Source: a bacterium (GTDB taxonomy: Bacteria > Patescibacteriota > Minisyncoccia > Phycocordibacterales > UBA2100). Taken from it: 64,000 nt of DNA. A model generated the notes under the pieces. The model had not been told where the DNA came from, did no database searches, and saw only the letters and a list, made by a program, of their open reading frames with translations. Below, one piece after another: positions 54,894-63,862 of the stretch. Where the stretch lies: the NCBI GenBank assembly GCA_021781955.1, contig JAJXVV010000004.1:1739-65738 (forward strand), read 5' to 3'. Each line of letters opens with the position of its first letter. Position 1 is the first letter of the stretch. The position numbers were made by a program, and so were the translations under genes.

Positions 54894-54947
54894 ACGCCGC
54901 ATTCGTTTGACATGTGTTAGTGTGATGAAGTATTACTGCGTTCCGAT

Positions 54948-57128
54948 ATGAAATTGGTAATCGTAGAATCACCCGCGAAAGCGAAGACCATCGAGAAGTA
55001 TCTTGGCTCGGGATACGCGGTGCGCGCTTCCGTGGGCCACATACGCGACCTTCCCAAGAGCAATAAAGACGCCGTCGACGTGGCGGGCGGATTCGTACCG
55101 CGCTACCAAATCGTGAAAGAAAAGCAGAAGGTCATCGGTGAACTGCACCGCGAGGCGGGTCGCTCCGACGAAGTGATACTCGCGACCGACCCCGACCGCG
55201 AGGGCGAGGCTATCGCGTGGCATCTCGCCGAGACGATCGGGCTCAAGAAGCCCAAGCGCATCGTCTTCCACGAGATCACCGAAAGCGCGGTACAGGATGC
55301 TCTCGCTCACCCTCGCGGCATCGATGAAGAACTCGTGCGCGCACAAGAAGCTCGCCGCGTGCTCGATCGCCTCTTCGGATACGACCTCTCCGGCCTCATC
55401 TGGAAAAAGGTACGTTACGGCCTTTCCGCAGGCCGGGTGCAATCCCCCGCGCTGCGCATCCTCATGGAGCGCGAGCGCGAGATACGCGCGTTCGTGCCGG
55501 TGCCGTTCTGGGTATTGACCGCGGACCTCAAAAAGAAAGGCGGCAAGACGTTCACCGCAACGTGCATGGAAGAGCCGACCGAGAAGAAAGAGGCAGAGCG
55601 TATTTTACAGGCGGCGCAGAGCGGCGCGTGGATCGTCAAGGCGATAGAGGAAAGCAGACAGGCGCGGAGCCCGCGCGCGCCGTTCACCACCTCGACGCTC
55701 CAGCAGACCGCCTCCACCCGGCTCGGCTTCTCCCCTTCGCGCACGATGCGGGTCGCGCAAAAACTGTACGAAGCGGGATACATCACCTACATGCGCACCG
55801 ACTCGACCAACCTGGCGAAAGAGGCGCAAGCCTCCATCATCAATGTCGTCCGCAAAACGTACGGAGACGAATACGTCGCGCCGCGCGTCTACAAAACCAA
55901 GAGCAAATCCGCGCAGGAGGCGCACGAGGCGATTCGCCCGACCAACACCGCGAAGCCGAGCGCTGGCACAGGCGATGAGCAGCGCAAGCTCTACGAGCTG
56001 ATACGCGCCCGCGCGCTCGCCTCCCAAATGGCCGATGCGTCGGTGATGCGCACGAAGATCATCGCCAACGTCGAGAAAGGCGGCATCCCTGATTTCGCCG
56101 CCAACGGCTCGCGCGTCATGTTCGACGGCTGGCTCAAAGCGGATCCCGCGGCTCGCGGCGAGGACGTCGAGCTCCCGGCGGTGAAAGCGGATGACGCGCT
56201 CGAACTCATCGAGGCGCGCTCCGAAAGCAAAGAGACCCAGCCGCCTCCTCGCTACTCCGAAGCGGGATTGGTGAAAGAGCTTGAAAAGCGCGGCATCGGC
56301 CGGCCTTCCACCTACGCCTCGATCATCAAGACGCTCGAAGATCGCGGCTACGTGGAAAAGCAAGGGCGCACCCTCGTGCCGACTTACACCGGCGATGTTG
56401 TTTCAACCTTCATCGAGCAGAATTTCGGCGACTACATTTCCGACACCTTTACCGCCGAAATGGAAGACGAGCTCGACCAGATTGCCGAAGGCAAGCGACA
56501 GTACGAGAAAACGCTCAAAGATTTTTACGGCCCTTTTACCAAAGCGGTGAAAGCGAAGGCCAAGATACCCAAGATCACCGGCATGGGCGACGCACCGGCC
56601 GAATTCCCCTGCCCCATCTGCGGCGGCCCGATGGAATACAAGCTCTCTCGCTCCGGCCGCTTCATGAGCTGCAAGAAGTTCCCCGATTGCCTCGGCGCGC
56701 GCAAAGAGGACGGCTCCGAGATCGCGCCGCCCAAGGAGATCGGCGAAGCATGCCCGCAATGCAAGGACGGGAAGCTTATCGAGCGCGAGGGACGCTACGG
56801 CCGCTTCATCGCCTGCTCGAATTATCCGAAATGCAAATTCGTGAAGAAGGATCCTGCCGAGGAAGAGCGCGCCAAGACCGGCGTCGCCTGCCCCATTTGC
56901 CAAAAAGAGGGGCGCAGCGGAGGCGAGATGATAGAGCGCCGCGGACGCTTCGGCCCATTCTTCTCCTGTTCCAACTATCCCGACTGCACATACATCATAA
57001 AATCCCGACCGACCGGCCGCACATGCGAGCTCTGCGGCTCGCTCATGATGGAAGGCACGAAGACGATCCCTGAGCGCTGTTCGAACAAAACGTGCCCCAA
57101 CCACAATCCGCACAAGCTCGCAAAATAA
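54948..57128 (+). CDS. topA: DNA topoisomerase I with four C-terminal C4 zinc ribbons
   Basis: Toprim (LVIVESPAKAKTI), active-site region and four CxxC...CxxC modules at the C-terminus. Confidence 0.9.
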   Translation: MKLVIVESPAKAKTIEKYLGSGYAVRASVGHIRDLPKSNKDAVDVAGGFVPRYQIVKEKQKVIGELHREAGRSDEVILATDPDREGEAIAWHLAETIGLKKPKRIVFHEITESAVQDALAHPRGIDEELVRAQEARRVLDRLFGYDLSGLIWKKVRYGLSAGRVQSPALRILMEREREIRAFVPVPFWVLTADLKKKGGKTFTATCMEEPTEKKEAERILQAAQSGAWIVKAIEESRQARSPRAPFTTSTLQQTASTRLGFSPSRTMRVAQKLYEAGYITYMRTDSTNLAKEAQASIINVVRKTYGDEYVAPRVYKTKSKSAQEAHEAIRPTNTAKPSAGTGDEQRKLYELIRARALASQMADASVMRTKIIANVEKGGIPDFAANGSRVMFDGWLKADPAARGEDVELPAVKADDALELIEARSESKETQPPPRYSEAGLVKELEKRGIGRPSTYASIIKTLEDRGYVEKQGRTLVPTYTGDVVSTFIEQNFGDYISDTFTAEMEDELDQIAEGKRQYEKTLKDFYGPFTKAVKAKAKIPKITGMGDAPAEFPCPICGGPMEYKLSRSGRFMSCKKFPDCLGARKEDGSEIAPPKEIGEACPQCKDGKLIEREGRYGRFIACSNYPKCKFVKKDPAEEERAKTGVACPICQKEGRSGGEMIERRGRFGPFFSCSNYPDCTYIIKSRPTGRTCELCGSLMMEGTKTIPERCSNKTCPNHNPHKLAK

Positions 57129-57129
57129 T

Positions 57130-58689
57130 ATGAGGCCCGCGACTATCAGACCGCTCAAGGAGATCCTCGCCGCCATGTCGAACAAAAGCGAGGCCGATGT
57201 CGCGCTCGTGACGAAAGCGTACGAGTTCGCGCAAGACGCGCACAAGGAACAGCGCCGGTACTCCGGCGACTCGTACTTCGTTCACCCGGCGGAGGTGGGC
57301 TACTTGCTCGCGGGCCTTGGCATGGACGCGCAGACGATCGCCGCCGGCCTCTTGCACGACACGATCGAGGACGCGGGCGTAAAACCGCAGACCATGACGG
57401 AACTTTTCGGCATCGACGTCCTCACGCTTGTCGAAGGCGTTACTAAATTGGGCGCGCTTCGCTACCGCGGACTTGAACGGCACACAGAGAGCTTGCGCAA
57501 ACTCTTTGCTGCGACTGCCAAAGACATCCGCGTGCTCATCATCAAGCTCATGGACCGCCTTCATAACGCTCGCACTCTCGCCTACGTACCCAATCCGGAG
57601 AAACGCGCACGCATCGCGCTCGAAACGCTCGAGATCTACGCGCCGATCGCTGATCGCCTCGGTATGTCAGTCGTGAAGCAAGAGCTCGAGGACGCGGCAT
57701 TCCCTCACGCCTATCCGAAAGAATACGAGAGAACGCACGAGCTTTTCGGCGAGCGCAAAGAAGAGGGCGAGGAACGCTTGCTGAAGGTCGAGAAGAACCT
57801 CAAGCGCGAGCTTGCTGGTGCTGGACTACGCACCTTCCGTACCGAAGCGCGTGTAAAAGGGCTCTACAGTCTGTTCCGCAAGCTCGAGCGCAAAGATTGG
57901 GACGCATCGAAGATACACGACATGCGAGCATTACGCGTCATCTTTCCGACGATAGCGGATTGCTATTCCGCCCTCGGGGTCATTCACGCGCACTGGCGTC
58001 CGGTACCGGGCAAGATAAAGGATTATATCGCCTTTCCCAAACCCAACGGCTACCAGAGCATCCACACGACCGTGTACACCGGCGACGGCGGCGCGATCGA
58101 GATCCAGCTGCGCACTGAGGCGCAGCATCGCGAGGCGCAGTACGGCATCGCGTCCCACCTCACGTACAAGGAGATCCAACAGGGTCGGTACGAGGGCAAG
58201 CGCGGCGGGCTCGAGTGGATACGGCAGTTCATCCCCACTCGCAGGCGAGCGGCTCAAGATGAGATGTTCGACGCCTCGAAGGCGATGCCCGAGTGGGTGC
58301 AGGAGCTCGCCGAGGTGCAGCGCGACCAGTCAGACGACGCGCACGACTCTTCAGAGGAGTACCTCGACACGCTCAAAACGGACTTTTTCAGCCACCGCGT
58401 GTTCGTCTTCACCCCGAACGGCGACGTCATCGACCTGCCTATCGCGGCGACCCCGATCGATTTCGCGTACGCAGTCCACTCCGATCTCGGCAACACCATG
58501 TCGGGAGCGAGGGTCAACGGCAAAATGGTCTCGCTCGACACCGAGCTCAAGAACGGCGACGTGGTCGAGGTCATTACGAAATCGACCGCGCACCCTTCGC
58601 GCAAGTGGTACGACATCGCGAAAACAAGCGTCGCGAAAAAACATATCCGTTCCGCTCTTGCGGCACAAGAGGCGAGACGAGGGATGTGA
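57130..58689 (+). CDS. Bifunctional (p)ppGpp synthetase/hydrolase RelA/SpoT, short form
   Basis: HD domain (HDTIED), RelA/SpoT synthetase domain and TGS domain. 519 aa with no ACT domain. Confidence 0.85.
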   Translation: MRPATIRPLKEILAAMSNKSEADVALVTKAYEFAQDAHKEQRRYSGDSYFVHPAEVGYLLAGLGMDAQTIAAGLLHDTIEDAGVKPQTMTELFGIDVLTLVEGVTKLGALRYRGLERHTESLRKLFAATAKDIRVLIIKLMDRLHNARTLAYVPNPEKRARIALETLEIYAPIADRLGMSVVKQELEDAAFPHAYPKEYERTHELFGERKEEGEERLLKVEKNLKRELAGAGLRTFRTEARVKGLYSLFRKLERKDWDASKIHDMRALRVIFPTIADCYSALGVIHAHWRPVPGKIKDYIAFPKPNGYQSIHTTVYTGDGGAIEIQLRTEAQHREAQYGIASHLTYKEIQQGRYEGKRGGLEWIRQFIPTRRRAAQDEMFDASKAMPEWVQELAEVQRDQSDDAHDSSEEYLDTLKTDFFSHRVFVFTPNGDVIDLPIAATPIDFAYAVHSDLGNTMSGARVNGKMVSLDTELKNGDVVEVITKSTAHPSRKWYDIAKTSVAKKHIRSALAAQEARRGM

Positions 58690-58697
58690 GTACGCTG

Positions 58698-59666
58698 CTA
58701 CACCGAAAAATTGCTGATCGAATAGAGGTCGTCCTCTTGCTTGGGTTCAGGCTGCTTGAGGGTCGCCGCTGGCTGAGATTCGCCGTCATCAGAGACGGGC
58801 GCGGCCGAGGTTTGCGACTCGTGCCGCGCATCGACGTGAGTCTCTCGTCCCCGCGAGAGAATGGTACGGATCTGCGCGAGATCATCGACAGAGAAGAAGT
58901 CGATGAGGACCTTGCCGCCCTGTTCTTTCTTCTCGATGCGCACTCGCGTACCGAGCTTCTCGGTGAGTTCCCGCTCAAGGAGCAGAAGTTCGGGCGTGAG
59001 GTCAGGCTTGCGCGTACGCTCGGTCGCGATACGGCGCGCCGCCTGTTCCGCATCACGCACCGTCATGCGGCGCGTGATGATCTCCTGGAAAAAGGTCTTC
59101 TGCTCCGCAGGGCGGTCGATGAGCATGAGGAGCGGCCGCGTATGGCCTTCCGATATCTCGCCCGTGCGAAGCGCCTGCTGCATCTCGTCGGACAACATGA
59201 GGATGCGCAGGGTGTTGGAAACGTATTCGCGGCTTTTGCCGACCCGCTTCCCGACCTCGATATGTTTCAAACCGAACTCCTTCACGAGGCGGTCGAACGC
59301 GAGCGCGCGGTCGACGACGTTGAGATCTTCGCGTTGGAGGTTCTCGATGATGGCGAGCTCGAGCTTCATGCGATCGGTGTCCCCCGCGCTGCGGATGACG
59401 ACCGGCACCTCGCGAATACCGGCGAGCTTGGCCGCTCGCAAGCGGCGTTCGCCCGCGATAAGTTCGTACTGTACCGAGATGCCCTCGCCCGGCCGTTCGG
59501 TCTCCTTACGCGTTACGGTAAGAGGCTGCAACACGCCATAGCTGCGGATAGATTCGGCGAGCGAGGCGAGCGCTGCTTCATCGAAGGTCTTGCGCGGTTG
59601 GAACGGATTTGGGTGGATGCGATCCACCTCGACCCAGAAAATGGAATCGCCTTGATAGGGGCTCAT
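58698..59666 (-). CDS. parB: ParB/Spo0J-family partition protein (no adjacent parA)
   Basis: ParB box LIAGERRLRAAKLAG and an HTH. Start at MSPYQGDSIFW. Confidence 0.8.
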   Translation of the reverse strand: MSPYQGDSIFWVEVDRIHPNPFQPRKTFDEAALASLAESIRSYGVLQPLTVTRKETERPGEGISVQYELIAGERRLRAAKLAGIREVPVVIRSAGDTDRMKLELAIIENLQREDLNVVDRALAFDRLVKEFGLKHIEVGKRVGKSREYVSNTLRILMLSDEMQQALRTGEISEGHTRPLLMLIDRPAEQKTFFQEIITRRMTVRDAEQAARRIATERTRKPDLTPELLLLERELTEKLGTRVRIEKKEQGGKVLIDFFSVDDLAQIRTILSRGRETHVDARHESQTSAAPVSDDGESQPAATLKQPEPKQEDDLYSISNFSV

Positions 59667-59761
59667 GCGGTGAGTATACCACGACGCGGTCGTTTGTTTT
59701 TTCCACAAAAAACCATACACTAAGGCTTCAGGTCCCCCTTCGCTCGAGTTTTGGGGACGAT

Positions 59762-59843
59762 GCCGGGGTGGCGGAATTGGTAGACGCGCACGACTCAAAA
59801 TCGTGTATCGCAAGGTGTGAGGGTTCGAGTCCCTCTCCCGGCA
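59762..59843 (+). tRNA. tRNA-Leu (anticodon CAA)
   Basis: Anticodon loop CTCAAAA, long variable arm (class II) and T-loop TTCGAGT. CCA is not encoded. Confidence 0.85.
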
Positions 59844-59861
59844 CTGCTATACTAGTGACGT

Positions 59862-60227
59862 ATGATTCCATTTTTCTACATGTTCTACCGGTTCGGGCGA
59901 AGCGTATGGGCGTCACTGAAAGACCCGGAGTTCGAGGCGCTCTTTACGCTCATGCTCATCGTGCTCAGCGTCGGTACGCTTTTTTATCACGAGGCCGAGG
60001 GCTGGGGTTGGCTCGATTCGCTCTTTTTCAGCGTGACAACGCTCACGACCGTTGGCTACGGCAACCTTGTACCACACACCGCGATCGGCAAAATATTCAC
60101 CATTGCATACCTCTTCGTCGGCATCGGCGTTCTGCTCGGATTCATCAACTTCGTCGCTGACCACGCCATCAAGGAGCATAAGGATTCGAGCATTTTTCCA
60201 TGGCGCAAAAACTCCTCGTCATCGTAG
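59862..60227 (+). CDS. Two-TM potassium channel pore protein (KcsA-like)
   Basis: K+ selectivity filter TVGYGN between two TM helices. The 3' end overlaps the miaA start by 28 nt. Confidence 0.7.
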   Translation: MIPFFYMFYRFGRSVWASLKDPEFEALFTLMLIVLSVGTLFYHEAEGWGWLDSLFFSVTTLTTVGYGNLVPHTAIGKIFTIAYLFVGIGVLLGFINFVADHAIKEHKDSSIFPWRKNSSSS

Positions 60228-61123
60228 GACCGACCTCTTCCGGCAAATCCGCGCTCGCTGTCGAGCTCGCAAGAAAGTTCAGCGGGGAGGTCATCTCGGC
60301 CGATTCGCGCCAGGTGTACCGCGGCCTTAATATCGGCACCGGAAAGATCACGGCGCGCGAGATGCGGGGCGTGCGGCATCACCTTCTCGACGTGGCGTCG
60401 CCAAAGCAGGTCTTCACCGCACACGATTTCATGATGAAAGCCCGCGGCGCGATATCTTCGATATCGCGCCGCGACCGCTTTCCCATCGTTGCCGGCGGTA
60501 CCGGCTTTTACATCGACGCATTGCTCGACCGCGTCATACTGCCTGACGTTCCCGCCGACCCTGCCTTCCGCCGCCTGCATGAGGACGCCTCGGCCGCAGA
60601 ACTATTCCGCATTTTGCGGAAGATCGACCATGATCGTGCGGGGACGATCGACCCGCACAACAAGCCCCGGCTCATCCGCGCGCTTGAGATAGCTCGCGCG
60701 CTTGGCAAGGCCCCCCGCACTCCAGAGGACGGTCCTCTGTATGAGGCGCTCTGGATAGGTCTCGACCTGCCGAAAGAAGAGCTTGATAAAAAGATCGATG
60801 CGCGTCTCAAGACCCGTATGAAGCAAGGCATGCTCGCCGAAGCGAGAAGGTTGCACGCAGGAGGATTGAGCTATGCGCGCATGGAAGCGCTCGGGCTCGA
60901 ATACCGCTCCATGGCTCGCCTCTTGCAAAAGAAAGTGACGCGCGAGCAAATGACGGACGAGCTGTCTCGCGCCATAAAACAATATGCGAAACGCCAGCGC
61001 ACCTATTGGCAACGCAATAAAGAAATCCGATGGTTCTCGCCTAACGATGCCGCGGCGGTCGAAGAGGTCGTACGCGCATGGGCAACGAACTCTCCGGACA
61101 TTCTCGGTGCTCGCACCCTTTAA
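60200..61123 (+). CDS. miaA: tRNA dimethylallyltransferase
   Basis: P-loop VIVGPTSSGKSALAVELA plus DSRQVYRGLNIGTGK. Confidence 0.9.
   Translation: MAQKLLVIVGPTSSGKSALAVELARKFSGEVISADSRQVYRGLNIGTGKITAREMRGVRHHLLDVASPKQVFTAHDFMMKARGAISSISRRDRFPIVAGGTGFYIDALLDRVILPDVPADPAFRRLHEDASAAELFRILRKIDHDRAGTIDPHNKPRLIRALEIARALGKAPRTPEDGPLYEALWIGLDLPKEELDKKIDARLKTRMKQGMLAEARRLHAGGLSYARMEALGLEYRSMARLLQKKVTREQMTDELSRAIKQYAKRQRTYWQRNKEIRWFSPNDAAAVEEVVRAWATNSPDILGARTL
60722..60739. repeat. Palindrome copy 3 of 3 (CCAGAGGACGGTCCTCTG), inside the miaA CDS
   Basis: It translates in-frame as PEDGPL within miaA. Confidence 0.8.
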
Positions 61124-62298
61124 AACGTCGCGAAGGTCGAATTCATCTTCTTTTGGAATGCCGCGCCGCGCTGCTTCTGAAAGTCCAAGAAATCCGCAAA
61201 CTCCTCGTCGAGGAGGCCTCGGCCTTCCGCGAACTGCATCAAAAAGAAGTCGGGATATTCGTTCATCTCGATGATCATCGGGCCATGCTCGGTGCATGCG
61301 ATATCCCAGCCGATGAGCGGCACGGAGCGCATGAGCCGGGCGCCGTCGAGCGCGACGGCACACATCTCTTGCCATTGCGGATGCTCCACACCGATCAGGC
61401 GTGTGCCCGTATCCGGATGCGCTTCGTGCTGTTTCGCATCGACACCGGAGCCCGACGTGACGCGCTTCACACGCCCATTCGAGGGATCGATCGATGCGAG
61501 CAAATTGCCCTCCCTCCAGTAGTTGTCCGCAACGTTCGCGCCAGCGGGTATCTTCCAAGCGGCACGGATCGTCTGAACGCCGCTACGCGATGCGATCGTC
61601 AGAAAGCGTACGCTCGCGATACGCCTCCCGCAGACGGTCGCCACCTCGGCATGCGGGGCAATGAGCTCTTGGAAGAGGTACCCGCTCTCGTAATTCTCTA
61701 TGATGTCCGCAGCGAGCTTCTCGATGGGCAGGCGCTCGCCATCCGTCTTTTCGACACGCGTTCCATCCGTCGCCACGAGCGCGATCGATCCGAGGCTGTT
61801 GGAACCTTCCGCTGGTTTACCGAAGAGCGGATACACATCCGCTCGCTTCAAAAACCCCTCGATATCGGCACGGTCCGATAGGAGCGTGCCGCTGCGACGC
61901 GATCCCGGCGCGTATATCGCTTTGATCGGGATCACGGGGAGACCGAACGCGTTCAGGTAGCTCTGCGAGAGTATCTTGTTCTGCAAAACTCCGAGCCAGT
62001 CGCGACGGTAATTGGCCTCGAAGCATATATCCCGATTCCGGCGCTTGCCCACGAACATGGCTCGATCGCCTTCTTTGCACCACTCGTCGTCGAAGAGGCG
62101 CAGCTCGATATAGTCCGAAGGAGAGATCTTGCCCGGACCCTTCGCGAGACGGCCGTATTCCATCATGATCTGCATCGGGCTTTTCTTCGCGGCCGCAGCG
62201 ACGCGCTGCATTTGCGCGGCCAACGCCATCATCGAATCATCTTCATGATCTCGCGTGATCGAGAACGATCTCGTGTGTGTATCGCTCATGCGAGCCAT
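61120..62298 (-). CDS. ATP-grasp domain protein (ATPgrasp_ST-like)
   Basis: C-terminal ATP-grasp signature LIGWDIACTEHGPMIIEMNEYPDF (E-x-N). The true start is probably internal (MMALAAQ or MQIMMEY), because the 5' end overlaps the recombinase remnant. Confidence 0.55.
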   Translation of the reverse strand: MARMSDTHTRSFSITRDHEDDSMMALAAQMQRVAAAAKKSPMQIMMEYGRLAKGPGKISPSDYIELRLFDDEWCKEGDRAMFVGKRRNRDICFEANYRRDWLGVLQNKILSQSYLNAFGLPVIPIKAIYAPGSRRSGTLLSDRADIEGFLKRADVYPLFGKPAEGSNSLGSIALVATDGTRVEKTDGERLPIEKLAADIIENYESGYLFQELIAPHAEVATVCGRRIASVRFLTIASRSGVQTIRAAWKIPAGANVADNYWREGNLLASIDPSNGRVKRVTSGSGVDAKQHEAHPDTGTRLIGVEHPQWQEMCAVALDGARLMRSVPLIGWDIACTEHGPMIIEMNEYPDFFLMQFAEGRGLLDEEFADFLDFQKQRGAAFQKKMNSTFATF

Positions 62299-62885
62299 GC
62301 TACCACAAAGATCCCGCCGGTGAGTTTATCCATGAGCGACAGCGCCCAGCCGAGGAGAAAATCAAACGCCACAAAAACGGAAACGTCCACGTATACGTTT
62401 ACTACCGCTGCACGAAGCGCATCGATGAGAAGTGCCCACAAAAGACGGTGGAACTCGCGGAACTTACCCGGCAGGCCGATCTCATCATCCGCGGCCTCAC
62501 GATCTCGGACGCATTCAGGAATTGGGCTATCAAGTACTTACATGAGGTGCGAAAGGTAGAAGCGAAATCGCACGAACAAATCGTGAGCAACAAACAAAAA
62601 CGTATCCTGGAAATCACCAAGCAAGTTGACGCTCTCTTGTTGCGCTATACGTCCCCAGCAAACGCCGCAGGAGACCTTATAAGCGACATGGAGTACAAGA
62701 ACGCGAGAAACACCCTGTTGGATGAGCGGCGCGTACTGGAGAGCGATTTACAGACCGAGGGCGCGGCAATTGAGAAGTGGTTGGAGTTGAGCGAGCGCAC
62801 CTTCAATTTCGCTCGCTACGCATCCGTGTGGTTCTTCAAAGGCGAAAACCGTTCCGACTGCTATTCGAGAACCTCGATGAGATAG
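62277..62885 (+). pseudogene. Fragment of a large serine recombinase: zinc beta-ribbon plus coiled-coil only, no catalytic domain
   Basis: SCEPC...HVYVYYRCTKRIDEKCPQKTVELAELTRQ matches the recombinase zinc-ribbon. The N-terminal resolvase and recombinase domains are absent. The C-terminal continuation is frameshifted (alternative-frame ORF 62777-63031). The region is locally lower in GC and lies next to the tRNA-Trp 3' end. Confidence 0.6.
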
Positions 62886-62971
62886 AAAAGGAAATGGTAT
62901 CGGTTAGAACTCCCGACAACGGCTCAACACAAGGACAAATGGTTTCATTTGTCGACGAAAATCTCTCTAGG

Positions 62972-63041
62972 CGGGCGCTGAGGGAATCGAACCCCCACTG
63001 GCGGTTTTGGAGACCGCTGTTCTACCACTAAACTAAGCGCC
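62972..63041 (-). tRNA. tRNA-Trp (anticodon CCA)
   Basis: Anticodon loop CTCCAAA, T-loop TTCGATT and discriminator G. CCA is not encoded. Confidence 0.85.
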
Positions 63042-63081
63042 CTGTGCGCCTGAGTATAGCCCGAGAGCGACTATAGCGCGA

Positions 63082-63240
63082 CTATTTCTTCACCTCCTTG
63101 TGAGGCGTGTGAGCGCGGCACCACTTGCAGTACTTCTTGAGCTCGATCTTGCGCTCGACGAGCTTCCGGTTCTTGCGCGACCAGTAGTTGATGCGGCCGC
63201 ACTTCGTGCACGCCAATTTGATGAGTTGATCCTGCGACAT
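63082..63240 (-). CDS. rpmG: 50S ribosomal protein L33
   Basis: MSQDQLIKLACTKCGRINYWSRKNRKLVERKIELKKYCKWCRAHTPHKEVKK is a zinc-ribbon L33 with CxxC...CxxC. The ORF's N-terminal extension was discarded. Confidence 0.85.
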   Translation of the reverse strand: MSQDQLIKLACTKCGRINYWSRKNRKLVERKIELKKYCKWCRAHTPHKEVKK

Positions 63241-63283
63241 AACGCCGAGCACTATACGGCAAATGAGGCGAGCGCGCAACCCG

Positions 63284-63670
63284 CTAGCAGAGGTTGCTCC
63301 AAGGCAGGAGCGACGTGCCCGTCAGCGAGCGTAAGACGATATCGATGACGAGCCAGGCGGCCACGATAATAACGAGCCCGATCACGACGTCGCCGAAAAG
63401 CGTTTTGGCCCTCGACACGCCGCTTGGATTGGTTGCATTGGTGAGATACATGAAACCCGCCCAGGCGAAGAGCACGGCCGAGAGCACGACCGCGAGGTAA
63501 ATGCCCGCATTAAGGATGTTCTGCGCGAGCTTCGCGAGGTCGCATACCGTGCAGGCGCTCTGCCCGGTGCCGCCGCACGTGACGATGGTGGGTATCCCGG
63601 CCGCGAGCGCGAGCGAAGGCGCGAACGCCACGACCATTGCCACGAGCCGCATTCCCCTCCCGAATCTCAT
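63284..63670 (-). CDS. Signal-peptide protein with two hydrophobic helices and paired Cys residues (TrbC/VirB2-like T4SS-pilin-like)
   Basis: Signal peptide (MRLVAMVVAFAPSLALAAG), then TCGGTGQSACTVCDLAKLAQNI, then two long hydrophobic helices. The resemblance to the T4SS pilin family is from memory. The ORF's N-terminal 38 codons are antisense to tRNA-Tyr and were rejected. Confidence 0.45.
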   Translation of the reverse strand: MRFGRGMRLVAMVVAFAPSLALAAGIPTIVTCGGTGQSACTVCDLAKLAQNILNAGIYLAVVLSAVLFAWAGFMYLTNATNPSGVSRAKTLFGDVVIGLVIIVAAWLVIDIVLRSLTGTSLLPWSNLC

Positions 63671-63706
63671 GGGGAGATTGTACCATGGCCAAAAATGCGG
63701 CATACT

Positions 63707-63792
63707 GGTGACGTGCGCGTCGGTGGTAGAGCGGTCAATTACACCGCGCTGTAGACGCGGCGGCTTCGGCCTACGGGGGTTCGAATCCCTCC
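63707..63792 (+). tRNA. tRNA-Tyr (anticodon GUA), CCA encoded
   Basis: Anticodon loop CTGTAGA, a long variable arm, T-loop TTCGAAT and a 3' CCA. Confidence 0.85.
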
Positions 63793-63801
63793 CGACGCAC
63801 C

Positions 63802-63830
63802 AAAACAAAAGCACCATCGTCCGATGGTGT
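63802..63830. terminator. Intrinsic terminator after tRNA-Tyr (CACCATCG-tc-CGATGGTG followed by TTTTTGTTTTT)
   Basis: Perfect 8-bp stem with an upstream A-rich tract and a downstream T-tract. Confidence 0.6.
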
Positions 63831-63862
63831 TTTTGTTTTTGATCATCTGCAACCTCATCTTC

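Noticed and set aside
56701-56716. AGAGGACGGCTCCGAG in topA sharing 9 nt with the palindrome left arm
   Set aside because: The right arm is absent. Half-site matches of this length are expected by chance in GC-rich coding DNA.
58723-58740. AGAGGTCGTCCTCT inside parB, resembling the 18-bp palindrome core
   Set aside because: It is a shorter, different palindrome (AGAGG-tcgt-CCTCT) and lacks the CCAG/CTGG flanks. I did not count it as a copy.
59667-59761. Possible parA upstream of parB
   Set aside because: No ORF is present. The region holds only AT-rich inverted repeats (GTTTTTT-ccac-AAAAAAC) and the divergent tRNA-Leu promoter, so parB is an orphan here.
62277-62340. Overlap of the recombinase-fragment ORF start with the first ~20 codons of the ATP-grasp ORF
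   Set aside because: Both cannot be real. The recombinase similarity (CxxC ribbon) begins here and the ATP-grasp conserved region begins well downstream, so the ATP-grasp start is probably internal.
63042-63081. TATAGT/TATACT boxes upstream of tRNA-Trp as a dedicated promoter
   Set aside because: There is no convincing -35 element. tRNA-Trp may simply be co-transcribed with rpmG.
63671-63817. N-terminal 38-49 codons of the 63284-63817 ORF
   Set aside because: This stretch is the reverse complement of tRNA-Tyr (…GRDSNPRRP…). The real start is at an internal Met.
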